NCBI GenBank assembly: GCA_963766735.1
Contig: CAVYBU010000008.1
Location: 288,001 to 352,000, forward strand
Direction: 5' to 3'
Source: an uncultured Chloroflexia bacterium
Lineage (GTDB): Bacteria > Chloroflexota > Limnocylindria > Limnocylindrales > CSP1-4
DNA: 64,000 nucleotides
Position numbers and translations under genes: made by a program. The notes under the pieces were generated by a model. That model saw only the letters and a program-made list of their open reading frames with translations, made no database searches and was not told where the DNA came from. Positions 1-12,661 of the stretch are shown here, piece after piece (the stretch's first letter is position 1; every line of letters starts with the position of its first letter).

Positions 1-1529
<1,529 letters not shown>

Positions 1530-1572
1530 TCCTGGACTGCGCGAACCGGGGAGATCGATTGGAGGGTGTCCC

Positions 1573-2175
1573 GTGAGCCGGTTCGTCGACCACGGTGCGG
1601 TCACCGCTGCCTGGGTTGGTCTCGGCATGGCGGTCACGATCGCGGTCAGCTTCCTGCTCGTCATCCCCATTGAGGCGGTCTACTGGTACCTCGCCCTGCC
1701 AGCGGGGCTCCTGATCGGCTACTACGCCAATGCCCGCTCGCTGCGGGCTGGCGGCCCCTGGAGCCGGATCCTGGCCAACGCGCTGTTCGCCGGGCTGGTG
1801 ACGGGGATCACCTACGCGGTCCTGCTGCTCGCGGTGAAGGCGCTGTTCTTCAACGTGGATGGTGGCTACCGGGACGCGTCCTCGGGCGGTCCCATCACCT
1901 GTACCACAGGCGCCGACTGCGTCTACCAGCGATACCTCGCCGCCGGCCAGGGCGAGGCGTTCGAGGCAGCCGGGATCACCGACGTGGCCACGTTCACGAC
2001 GTTCTACTGGGGGCAGCAGCTGAGCAACGCAGGGCTGACGCTCGTGCTGTCGGTCGGTGGGGCGCTGGGCGGCGGCGTGATGTACGGGCTGGCGAACCGC
2101 CGCAAGCCGGAGGAGGCGATGGCGCCCGCCGAGACGCCCGCAGGCATCGAGCCCGGGGGCGGCCCGCAGGCCTGA
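1573..2175 (+). CDS. hypothetical multi-pass membrane protein
   Basis: GTG 1573 after a GGAGG SD; about 4 hydrophobic segments and a loop with a Cys pair (CTTGADC). Confidence 0.75.
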   Translation: MSRFVDHGAVTAAWVGLGMAVTIAVSFLLVIPIEAVYWYLALPAGLLIGYYANARSLRAGGPWSRILANALFAGLVTGITYAVLLLAVKALFFNVDGGYRDASSGGPITCTTGADCVYQRYLAAGQGEAFEAAGITDVATFTTFYWGQQLSNAGLTLVLSVGGALGGGVMYGLANRRKPEEAMAPAETPAGIEPGGGPQA

Positions 2176-2202
2176 CCGATGCTCCAGCGGGGCCGAGACC
2201 AC

Positions 2203-2280
2203 GCCGGGGAGCTGGCTGGGGAGCGGGCTGGGATGCGTGCCGGGGAGCGTGGCCGGGGAGCGGGCCGGGAGATGCCCGGA
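2203..2280. repeat. degenerate ~12-nt tandem repeat (GCCGGGGAGCGN, ~6 copies)
   Basis: Read directly from the sequence after the stop of the membrane-protein gene. Confidence 0.7.
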
Positions 2281-2581
2281 GGAAGCCCCTGGCCCTGTCC
2301 GAATCACCAGCAGTGCTATCGGGCGCCGGTCGTCGCATCCCGCGGCTCGCCAGCGGCCGATAGGAGGCCGTCATCACGGACGGTGCTGAGGGAGCTGACA
2401 TGCGGGTCCCGTGCACCCGCGATCGACCGCGATCGACCGCGACTCGGTCGCTCCTTGTGACCTGATAACACCAGTGGTGATCTAGCGCGGCTCAGGCCGC
2501 CCCCGGGTGCCCGTAGTACGGGATACGCATGGCCGACGCCCTCTGGCGGCCACTTCCGGAGCAGCCCTGCTCAGGGGATCG

Positions 2582-2610
2582 AAAACGCCCCGGTCGGTGA
2601 CCGGGGCGTT
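2582..2610 (-). terminator. intrinsic terminator of rpsT
   Basis: Minus strand AACGCCCCGGTC-ACC-GACCGGGGCGTT then TT, about 25 nt past the rpsT stop. Confidence 0.8.
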
Positions 2611-2634
2611 CGGCGTTGCGAGAGGGAGCGAGGA

Positions 2635-3375
2635 CTACTCGGGCTTCTCCGCCTTCTTCGTCTTCGGGGCGGCCTTCGCGGCCGGGGCCTTGGCGGTGGT
2701 CGCCTTGGCGGCCGGTCGTCTTGGCGGCCTTCGGCAGCCGGCGGCCTTCGCGGCCGGCGCCTTGGCGGCCGTGGCCTTCGCGGCGGCGGCCTTCCGGTGG
2801 TCGCCTTCGCGGTGGTCGCCTTCGCGGTGGCTTTCGGCGCAGCCTTGGTCGCGCGGGCCTTGGTGGCCTTCGCGGCGGGGGCCGCTGCCGGTGCCGCGAC
2901 CGGGGCGGTGCGCCTCGGAGCGCGTGCTCCGTGACAGGGCGGCGCGCGCCTTGCCGGCGGCGGTCTGGGCGCCCTTGGCCTTGACGGCCTTGCCGGCCGC
3001 GATGCGGGCCTTGGCGGCCTTGGCGGCGGCAGCCTTGCCGGTGGTCTTGGCGACGTGGCTCGCGCTCACGACGTTTGCGCCCACCATGGCGGCGTTGATC
3101 TTCTTGGCGAGGCGGGACTTGCGGCGGGCCGCTGCGTTCGCATGGATGGCGCCGGACTTCGCGGCGCGGTCCAGGGCCGAGATGGCCTCTGCCATCGTGG
3201 CGGCGACGTCGACGCCCTCGGGCTGGGCGGTGGCAACAATGACGGCCTTGGCAACGAGCGTCTTCGCCGCAGACCGACGGGGCTGCAGGATCGCGTGCCG
3301 GCGCTCAGCCTGGCGGACGCGCTTCAGCCCGGACGGATTGCGAGCGCCCTGCCATTTCCGGGGCGTTCTAGCCAA
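2635..3375 (-). CDS. rpsT: 30S ribosomal protein S20 with long Ala/Lys-rich C-terminal extension
   Basis: TTG start after a GGAG SD; KRVRQAERR...LDRAAKSGAIHANAAARRKSRL S20 motif; the tail has apparent compensating indels. Confidence 0.92.
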   Translation of the reverse strand: MARTPRKWQGARNPSGLKRVRQAERRHAILQPRRSAAKTLVAKAVIVATAQPEGVDVAATMAEAISALDRAAKSGAIHANAAARRKSRLAKKINAAMVGANVVSASHVAKTTGKAAAAKAAKARIAAGKAVKAKGAQTAAGKARAALSRSTRSEAHRPGRGTGSGPRREGHQGPRDQGCAESHREGDHREGDHRKAAAAKATAAKAPAAKAAGCRRPPRRPAAKATTAKAPAAKAAPKTKKAEKPE

Positions 3376-3522
3376 GGTGGCGGATCTCCGTTTCCGTGTG
3401 CGTGCGGGGAATTCAAGACGCGCGCGAGCGTAGCCTGCCCGAGGCGCGACGGCGAATGGTAGCAGAGCCCGCTGCAACCGGCCAGCACGGGATCCGGCGG
3501 CCGTTCGCCGGACCGCGCCGGA

Positions 3523-5176
3523 TCAGCCCCCGCGCAGGCGCCGGGCGCGGTAGCGCTCGATCAATGCCGACGTGGAGCGGTCGTGATCGTTGGACACGTC
3601 CGTCGCGTCTGCCGTGAGCTCCGAGGCGATCCTGGTCGCGAGGACCTTGCCCAGTTCCACGCCCCACTGGTCGAACGAATCGATCCCCCAGATCGCCCCC
3701 TGAACGAACACCTTGTGCTCGTACAGCGCGACCAGGGCGCCCAGCGTGCGGGGCGTGAGGCGATCCGCCAGGATCACGGACGTGGGGCGGTTGCCCTCGA
3801 ACACGCGGGCCTCGACCTGGTGGGCCGGCACGCCATCCTCGATGACCTCGTCGCGCGTCTTGCCGAAGGCCATCGCCTCCGCCTGAGCGAACAGGTTCGC
3901 CATCAGCAGGTCGTGGTGGTCTCCGATCTCGGTGGTGGGGTTGACGAAGCCGATCAGGTCCGCCGGCACGATCCGCGTTCCCTGGTGCAGCAGCTGGTAG
4001 TAGGCGTGTTGGCCGTTGGTACCGGCCGTTCCCCATTCAATCGCGCCGGTGTCGTAGGCGACCCTCGTGCCGTCGGTACGCACGGTCTTGCCGTTGGACT
4101 CCATGTCCAGCTGCTGCAGGTAGGCCGGGAAGCGGCTGAGCTCCTGGCTGTAGGGCAGGACGGCGTGCGTCTCGAACCCGAAGAAGTTCCCGTACCACGT
4201 GCCCAGCAGGCCCAGCAGCACCGGCAGGTTCTCACCCAGCGGCGCCTCGCGGAAGTGCTGGTCCATCGCGCGGAAACCCGCCAGCAGCTCCTGGAAGTCG
4301 TCCGGGCCGATGGCGACCATGAGCGCCAGGCCAATGGCGGAATCCATGGAGTACCGGCCGCCCACCCAGTCCCAGAAGCCGAACATGTTGGCGGTGTCTA
4401 TGCCGAAGTCGCGGACCTTGCCGGCATTGGTGCTGACCGCCACGAAGTGTCGCGCCACTGCTGCCTCGTTGCCACCGAGGCCGGCCAGCAGCCAGTCACG
4501 TGCCGTCCGGGCATTGGTCAGCGTCTCGAGGGTCGTGAAGGTCTTGCTCGCGACGATGAACAGCGTCTCCGCGGGGTCGAGGTCGATGACCGCCTCCCGG
4601 ATGTCCGCGCCATCGACGTTCGAAACGAACCGGAAGCGCATGGACCGATCCGAGTAGTGGCGCAGGGCCTCGGTCGCCATGGCGGGCCCCAGGTCCGAGC
4701 CGCCGATCCCGATGTTGACGACGTTCCGGATCCGCCGGCCGGTGTGGCCCGTCCAGTCGCCGCCGCGAACGCGGAGCGCGAACGCGGCCATGCGGTCGAG
4801 GACCTCGTGGATGCCCGGGACGACGTTGTGGCCGTCCACCTCGATGCGGGACATCGACAGTGGCCCGGAGGGCCGTGTGCAGGACGGCGCGGTCTTCGGT
4901 CACGTTGATCCGCTCGCCGGCGAACATGGCGTTCCGGCGCGCCTCGACCCCGGCGGCGCGCGCGATCGCGACGAGGAGGGTCATCGTCTCGTCGGTGACC
5001 CGGTGCTTCGAGTAGTCGAGGTAGAGCCCCGCGCCCTCGGCAGTCAGGCGCTTGCCGCGTCCGGGATCTTCCGCGAAGAGGTCGCGCAGGTGACGGTCTC
5101 GCAGGGCGTCGTGGTGGGCAACGAGCGCCTGCCACTCGGGGGTCTGGTCGATGGGCGTAGCTGCGTCACGGGTCAT
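3523..5176 (-). CDS. pgi: glucose-6-phosphate isomerase (apparent frameshift near 4850-4865)
   Basis: N-part LDYSKHRV...[15 protein letters not shown] and C-part [37 protein letters not shown] lie in different frames. Confidence 0.93.
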
Positions 5177-5294
5177 GGCTCCCGCAGCGTAGCGCTCTCG
5201 TGGGCCGAGCGTCGGGAGGACGAATGTGCGCACCCGTCGTGCCGGACAGCGGTGCCGGCCAACCGGATCTGTTCGGCTTGCGTGGATTGGCCCC

Positions 5295-5939
5295 TCACCC
5301 GTGCGGAAGAACCGCCCAGCCGGCGTCGGTCAATCCCTGCAGCTCGCCCAGCCCGATGTCGAACCACGCCCCATGGAGCACGAGGGATCCGGCCGCCTCG
5401 CGGGACCGGATCCACGGAAACGTCCGCAGGTTGACGATCGACTGCTCGATGGACCGGAGCTCCAGCGCGCGCCGGCTCCCGGCCGGGTCGGCGCGGTCTG
5501 CAGGTTCCAGCTCATCGGCGAGATCCCGCAGCCCGGCGACCCAGGTGCCGATGAAGTCGGACACGGCGAGCGGTGCCGCAGCATCGAGGGCGGCCGCCAC
5601 GCCCCCGCACCGTCCGTGCCCCATGACCACGATGGAGCGGACACCCAAGGCGAGCACCGCGAACTCGAGTGCGGCACTGGCGGCGTGATTGCGGGCGTCG
5701 GGTGCGTACACGGGCACCAGTGCGGCCACGTTGCGAACGACGAACAGCTCGCCTGGGCCGGCGTCGAACACGGCCTCGGGCCCGGACCGGGAGTCCGAGC
5801 AGGCCACGACCATCGTCCGCGGCCGCTGCCCGTCCTCCTCCAGTCGCCGATACCGCTCGCGCTCCACCCGATAGCGGGTATCGCGGAACCGGTGGTAGCC
5901 GGCGAGCAGGTCGGCGGGCAGGGCAGGGGAAAACGACAC
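5295..5939 (-). CDS. beta-class carbonic anhydrase
   Basis: [15 protein letters not shown] and HGRCGG zinc-ligand motifs; GTG start 5939. Confidence 0.92.
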   Translation of the reverse strand: MSFSPALPADLLAGYHRFRDTRYRVERERYRRLEEDGQRPRTMVVACSDSRSGPEAVFDAGPGELFVVRNVAALVPVYAPDARNHAASAALEFAVLALGVRSIVVMGHGRCGGVAAALDAAAPLAVSDFIGTWVAGLRDLADELEPADRADPAGSRRALELRSIEQSIVNLRTFPWIRSREAAGSLVLHGAWFDIGLGELQGLTDAGWAVLPHG

Positions 5940-5952
5940 CGGGTGACCTCGA

Positions 5953-6639
5953 TCAGGCAGGCGGGGCGGCTGCAATCGTACCGGGCGTCCGAGGTGGGAC
6001 CGTGTACACGCACGACCCGACGACGGCGCGGTCCTCGAGCGTGGTCGTGGTCCGGACCTCGTAGCGGGCGAGCTCCGCGAACCCGGCATCGGCCGGCAGG
6101 TAGCGCCGGCCCGGGTCGCCGAGGAGGACGCGGGTCCCGCTCGCGGTCGCCGCGTGGATCCAGGGGAGGACGCGCTCCGCCAGCGGGCATTCATACCAGG
6201 TGTCGCCGGCCAGCAGCACGTCGACATCGGGCGGCGCCTCCTCGAGCAGGTCGCGGCGGATGAACGACAGGTGGACGCCGTTGGAGCGTGCGTTCAGGCC
6301 GACGGCTGCTTCCGCGAAGGGATCCGTGTCGGCGGCCGTCACGGATGCTGCGCCCAACCGGGCCGCCGTGATCGCCACCAGGCCGCTCCCGGTCGCGAAG
6401 TCCAGGACCCGCTTTCCGCGCACCTCGTCGGGGTTCTCCCGCATGTAGCGCGCGAGCGCGAGCCCTCCCGCCCACGCGAATGCCCAGTAGGGAATCGGGG
6501 CACCCTCGATGCCGAGCGCATCCTCAGTCGCATGCCATGTCGCGTCGAGGTCGGTGGCCATGTGCAGCCGGATGCCGTCGACGCCGGGCACGGCCTGGAG
6601 GCGCGTGCGCCGCGAGACGAGCGACCGCCGAAGGGACAT
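5953..6639 (-). CDS. class I SAM-dependent protein methyltransferase (PrmA/ETFB-lysine MTase-like)
   Basis: PYWAFAWAGGLALARY, VLDFATGSG, LLAGDTWYE, GDPGRRYLP. Confidence 0.85.
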   Translation of the reverse strand: MSLRRSLVSRRTRLQAVPGVDGIRLHMATDLDATWHATEDALGIEGAPIPYWAFAWAGGLALARYMRENPDEVRGKRVLDFATGSGLVAITAARLGAASVTAADTDPFAEAAVGLNARSNGVHLSFIRRDLLEEAPPDVDVLLAGDTWYECPLAERVLPWIHAATASGTRVLLGDPGRRYLPADAGFAELARYEVRTTTTLEDRAVVGSCVYTVPPRTPGTIAAAPPA

Positions 6640-6774
6640 GGGGAGGGGGCGTGAGATGCACGCCCGCGCCGCCGGTTGACGATGCCCCGCTGCCATGGGA
6701 GAGAGCATTGCACGCGCCAGCTCGGACGGTGCTGCTCGATGCCCGGCGCCCGTGACCGGCTACACTCCCGCGTC

Positions 6775-8586
<1,812 letters not shown>

Positions 8587-8619
8587 TGCGCCCCGCTCGC
8601 GCCCGCTGACGCGCGCCCC

Positions 8620-9420
8620 GTGCCGGATCTGCCCCTGCCCGGTCTGTCGGACATCTCGCAAGTCCCGGACCCGCTGCGCATCCTGATCGCCATCGGGCTG
8701 ACGGGCCTGCTGGTCATCCTGCGGTTCGACGCGGAGCGCTTCAATGCTGCCGAGTACGACGACGTGGACCGCTGGGGCCGCCCGCCGTCCCTGTTCCGCC
8801 GGCTCGCCTGGTACACGCTCGGCATCGGCATGATCCTGCTCGTGCTGTTCGTCCACCCGGCCCCACAGACTGACCTGTACCTCGGACTCGGGGAACGCCT
8901 CGGAGCCGTGATCCTCGGCCTTGCCTACGGTGCGATTGGCACCGCGATCGCGATCGGCATCGCCCTCTACCGCTACCACCGCGTTCGCTTCCCGCCAACG
9001 ATGTCGTATCCCGGGGCGGTGATCAACGCCATCGCGACGGCATTCGTGGACGAGGCCCTGTTCCGCGGCATGGTCTTCGGCTTCCTCGTGCTGGCCGGCA
9101 TCGATCCGAACCTCGCGAACGTGACCCAGGCCCTGCTCTATGCGCTGGCGACGCGCCTCGGGGCGCCGGGCCGGCCGTGGTACATGCTCGTCACGGCGCT
9201 CGTCATCGGACTCGTTGGTGGGTGGCTGACGGCCGTCACCGGCGGGATCGGTGCCGCGTTCCTGGGCCACGCGATCACGAGGGTCGCGATCTTCACGACC
9301 ACCGGGCACGCTGGATTGCCGAAGGCCAGGGGCACCGAGGCCGAGGAGGTCGCGAAGCGACGGGCGACACCCGCCGGCTGGCGGGTGCTCGACAGCCACG
9401 ACCAGTCCCGGAACCGCTGA
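8620..9420 (+). CDS. CPBP (CAAX/Abi) family intramembrane protease-like protein
   Basis: Multiple TM segments; FVDEALFRG (EExxxR-like) and a late His motif (FLGHAIT). Confidence 0.75.
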   Translation: MPDLPLPGLSDISQVPDPLRILIAIGLTGLLVILRFDAERFNAAEYDDVDRWGRPPSLFRRLAWYTLGIGMILLVLFVHPAPQTDLYLGLGERLGAVILGLAYGAIGTAIAIGIALYRYHRVRFPPTMSYPGAVINAIATAFVDEALFRGMVFGFLVLAGIDPNLANVTQALLYALATRLGAPGRPWYMLVTALVIGLVGGWLTAVTGGIGAAFLGHAITRVAIFTTTGHAGLPKARGTEAEEVAKRRATPAGWRVLDSHDQSRNR

Positions 9421-10730
9421 TCACGGGACCGACCGGGGGCGCCCAATCGCCTGAGCCCGAGCCCGAGCCCGAGCCCGCGGCCCTGCGGCCGACGCCCGTC
9501 CCGGCCGCGCCCGTCGCGCTCTACGCCCACGTCCCGTTCTGTGTCTCGCTCTGTCCCTACTGCGACTTCGTGGTCTACGCGGGTACCGCAGCGCGAGGGC
9601 CGGCGGCGCGCGTGGAGGCGTACGTGGCGGCCCTGCGGGCGGAGATCGGTCTGCGAGCCGACGCGGTGGAGGCCTCGTTCGGTTCGCCGGGTTCGCCCGG
9701 GCGGCCGCGGCTCGAGACCGTGTACGTGGGCGGCGGTACGCCCACCCTGCTGTCGACGGAGGTGCTGGCGTCGCTCCTGGGCCTGATCCGCCGTCGGTTC
9801 GGGATCGCGGAGGGCGCCGAGGTGACGATCGAGTCCAACCCGGGACCCGACGAGAGAGGCGATGCACAGGGCCTGGTGGCGGCGGGGTTCAACCGGCTCT
9901 CGCTGGGGGCACAGGCGATGGACGAGGCGTCGTTGCGGCGGCTCGGGCGACGACATCGTCCGGCCGACGTGGCCGCCGCCGTGGGTGAGGCACGGGCGGC
10001 GGGGTTCCGGTCTGTCTCGGTGGACCTGCTGTATGACGCACCCGGGCAGTCCCAGGAGGCATGGCTGGCGACCCTGGACGCGGCGCTCGCGCTGGCTCCC
10101 GACCATGTGTCGGCCTATTCCCTGACGCTCGACGATCCGGACGAGGAGGGGCTGACGGGGCCCCTCGGCGATCATCTGCCGACCCGGCCGGGAGCCCGCC
10201 GGTGGCGCGAGGCGGCGACGTCCGCGCAGTCCGAGGATCGCGCGGCCGAGCAGTACGCGCTGGCCGTCGAACGCCTGGCCGCTGCCGGCTACCGCGGCTA
10301 CGAGATCTCCAACTGGGGCCGGCCCGGGCACGAGAGCCGGCACAACCTCGCCTACTGGGGGCGCCGTCCGTATGAGGCGGTCGGTCCCGGGGCGCACGCG
10401 TTCGACGGGGTCACCCGACGCTGGAACGCGGCACGGCTGGACGGCTACCTCGCCGCGCTGGCGCCGGAGGCGAGCAGGACGCCCGTGTTGCCGCCGGGTG
10501 GTGCGGAAGTGATCTCGGCCGCCGACGCCGCCGCCGAGGCGGTGATCCTCGCCCTGCGCCTGGACACGGGGTTGCCGATTGCCGAGGCCGGTGCCGGACC
10601 ACTGGGGGAGCACCTGGCGTGGGCGCGGGGGGAGGGGCTGGTCGAGAACTTCAGCGTGGGGGGCGAGCGTGTTCGCCTGACCACCCGCGGCCGCCTCCTG
10701 TCGAACGAGCTGTTCAGCAGGCTCGTCTAG
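9417..10730 (+). CDS. hemW: radical SAM heme chaperone HemW (HemN-like); start codon uncertain
   Basis: LYAHVPFCVSLCPYCDF, YVGGGTP, YEISNW, SRHNLAYW; canonical position before hrcA. Confidence 0.9.
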   Translation: MITGPTGGAQSPEPEPEPEPAALRPTPVPAAPVALYAHVPFCVSLCPYCDFVVYAGTAARGPAARVEAYVAALRAEIGLRADAVEASFGSPGSPGRPRLETVYVGGGTPTLLSTEVLASLLGLIRRRFGIAEGAEVTIESNPGPDERGDAQGLVAAGFNRLSLGAQAMDEASLRRLGRRHRPADVAAAVGEARAAGFRSVSVDLLYDAPGQSQEAWLATLDAALALAPDHVSAYSLTLDDPDEEGLTGPLGDHLPTRPGARRWREAATSAQSEDRAAEQYALAVERLAAAGYRGYEISNWGRPGHESRHNLAYWGRRPYEAVGPGAHAFDGVTRRWNAARLDGYLAALAPEASRTPVLPPGGAEVISAADAAAEAVILALRLDTGLPIAEAGAGPLGEHLAWARGEGLVENFSVGGERVRLTTRGRLLSNELFSRLV

Positions 10731-10802
10731 GGCGTCCGCGCGGGACGGCCCTGGGGCGGCCCGAGCGCGGTGTGGTGCGGAGCGACGCCCCACTCGGTGT
10801 CG

Positions 10803-10832
10803 TTGACACCCTTGCGCGGCGGGCGCTAGACT
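10803..10832 (+). promoter_or_regulatory. sigma70-type promoter of hrcA-grpE-dnaK
   Basis: TTGACA 10803-10808, 18-nt spacer, TAGACT 10827-10832. Confidence 0.8.
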
Positions 10833-10845
10833 CTCGCCAACGCAG

Positions 10846-10872
10846 TTAGCACTCTCATGGTGTGAGTGCCAA
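10846..10872. promoter_or_regulatory. CIRCE operator (HrcA binding site)
   Basis: TTAGCACTC-N9-GAGTGCCAA, one mismatch to consensus, directly upstream of hrcA. Confidence 0.97.
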
Positions 10873-10890
10873 CCTTGCAGGAGAGGCTAC

Positions 10891-11955
10891 ATGGCGCGTC
10901 GGGTTCGTCGCTCCAGCGGCCCCCTTGATCTTCGCTCCCAGGCGATCCTCCGGGCCGTCATCGAGGAATATGTCACCAGCGCGGCGCCCGTCGGCAGTCA
11001 GGCCCTCGTCGAGCGCTACCGCCTCGGCGTGTCCAGCGCCACGGTGCGCGCGGTTCTCGCGGAGCTCGAGGCGGCAGGCCTCCTGACGCACCCGCACACC
11101 TCGGCCGGCCGCATCCCGACCGAACAGGGCTACCGCTACTACGTGGAAGCCATCGTGGACACCGTGCCGCTGCCGCCCGTCGAGCAGCTGATGATCCGCC
11201 ACCAGTTCGGCCAGGTGGAATACGCGAGCGAGCACTGGTTCCGCCTCGCAGCCACGACCCTCGCCTCCGTGACGCGTGCGGCCGGCCTCGCCACCCCGGC
11301 CAAGCCGACCTCCGCGCACCTGCGCAGGCTGGACCTCGTCTCGATCAGCGGCCGGCTCGCAAGCCTGATCCTTGTCCTGCGCGAGGGCGCGCTCAAGCAG
11401 GTGCTCATCACGCTGGACGAGGCGACGGACCAGACGGACCTGACCGCCGTGGCGAACCGGCTGAACGCCTTGCTCGACAACCTGACCGCCCTCGAGGCGG
11501 AGCAGGCGCTCGCGGTCCTCGACCCCGCGGACCCGAGCCTGGACCTGCCCCGCCGCGTCGGCGAGCGCGTGGTCCGAGCGCTCCGGGAATTCGACGGCGC
11601 CGCCATCGAGGAGCTGTTCAGTGACGGCCTCCTCAACGTCATGGCCGCGCCGGAGTTCGCCCAGAGCGAGAAGCTGCGCCGTGTCTTCGCCGCCCTCGAG
11701 AACCGCGCCTATCTCGCGCAGCTGATCGACGGCGTCGCCAGCTCCGGGCGCGTCTGCGTCTTCATCGGCCACGAGAACCCGGCCGAGGACATGTCGGACG
11801 TGTCTCTCGTTCTCGCCCCGTACGGGCGGCCCGGCCGCGCGGTGGGCGTGGTCGGCGTGCTCGGCCCGACGCGCATGGCGTACCCGCAGGCGATCGGCAC
11901 CGTGCGCTTCGTCTCCGGGCTCATGAACGAGCTCATCGACCACCTCTACGCCTGA
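10891..11955 (+). CDS. hrcA: heat-inducible transcription repressor HrcA
   Basis: PVGS, VSSATVR, PHTSAGRIPT..GYRYYV, GVLGPTRM.Y. Confidence 0.97.
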   Translation: MARRVRRSSGPLDLRSQAILRAVIEEYVTSAAPVGSQALVERYRLGVSSATVRAVLAELEAAGLLTHPHTSAGRIPTEQGYRYYVEAIVDTVPLPPVEQLMIRHQFGQVEYASEHWFRLAATTLASVTRAAGLATPAKPTSAHLRRLDLVSISGRLASLILVLREGALKQVLITLDEATDQTDLTAVANRLNALLDNLTALEAEQALAVLDPADPSLDLPRRVGERVVRALREFDGAAIEELFSDGLLNVMAAPEFAQSEKLRRVFAALENRAYLAQLIDGVASSGRVCVFIGHENPAEDMSDVSLVLAPYGRPGRAVGVVGVLGPTRMAYPQAIGTVRFVSGLMNELIDHLYA

Positions 11956-12005
11956 TCCGCGTCCGCGCGGACACCCCTGACCCAGACCACCAGAACCGGA
12001 GAACC

Positions 12006-12599
12006 ATGAGCCGCAAGACCCGCGCCGAAGAGCGAATCGAGGCGCTCGACACATCGCCCGAATCGCTCGCCGCCGCCCAGGTCGAGGCCGTCCGCATCGA
12101 GCGGGACGAGGCTGTAGCCAAGGTCGAGGCCGAGCGTGACGGGTACCTGGCCGCCCTCCAGCGAGAGCGCGCGGAGTTCACGAACTTCCGCCGTCGCACC
12201 ACTGACGAGCGCCAGCAGGAACGCGGCCTCGCGGGCGTGGACCTGATCACGAAGGTGCTGATCCTCGCGGATGACTTCGATCGGGCATTGGAAACCCGCC
12301 CGACCGAGCTCACGGACAACGCCTGGGTGGAGGGCATCGCAGCCATCGATCGCAAGCTTCGCCTGCTCCTCGAGAGCGAGGGCGTCGGTGCGGTCGAGGC
12401 GGCTCCCGGCACCCCCTTCGATCCCCGCGAGCACGAGGCCGTCGTCAGCGTCCCGGGCACCGGGCGCGCCGAGGGCGAGATCGTGGAGGAGGTCCGGCGT
12501 GGCTACCGCCTCCGCGACCGCCTGATTCGTCCGGCCCTGGTGGCGGTGGCGGCCGCCACGGAACCTGACGCCGGCCCGGATCCCGGCCTCGTGAACTGA
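12006..12599 (+). CDS. grpE: nucleotide exchange factor GrpE
   Basis: [34 protein letters not shown]. Confidence 0.97.
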   Translation: MSRKTRAEERIEALDTSPESLAAAQVEAVRIERDEAVAKVEAERDGYLAALQRERAEFTNFRRRTTDERQQERGLAGVDLITKVLILADDFDRALETRPTELTDNAWVEGIAAIDRKLRLLLESEGVGAVEAAPGTPFDPREHEAVVSVPGTGRAEGEIVEEVRRGYRLRDRLIRPALVAVAAATEPDAGPDPGLVN

Positions 12600-12661
12600 T
12601 CCGACCGCCACCCGCCCCTATCCACTCGACCCCGATCCAGACACCAGGAGACAGAACCCAG

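Noticed and set aside
3523-5176. pgi and menC as true pseudogenes
   Set aside because: Single indels with otherwise intact motifs in core pathways; assembly error is more parsimonious
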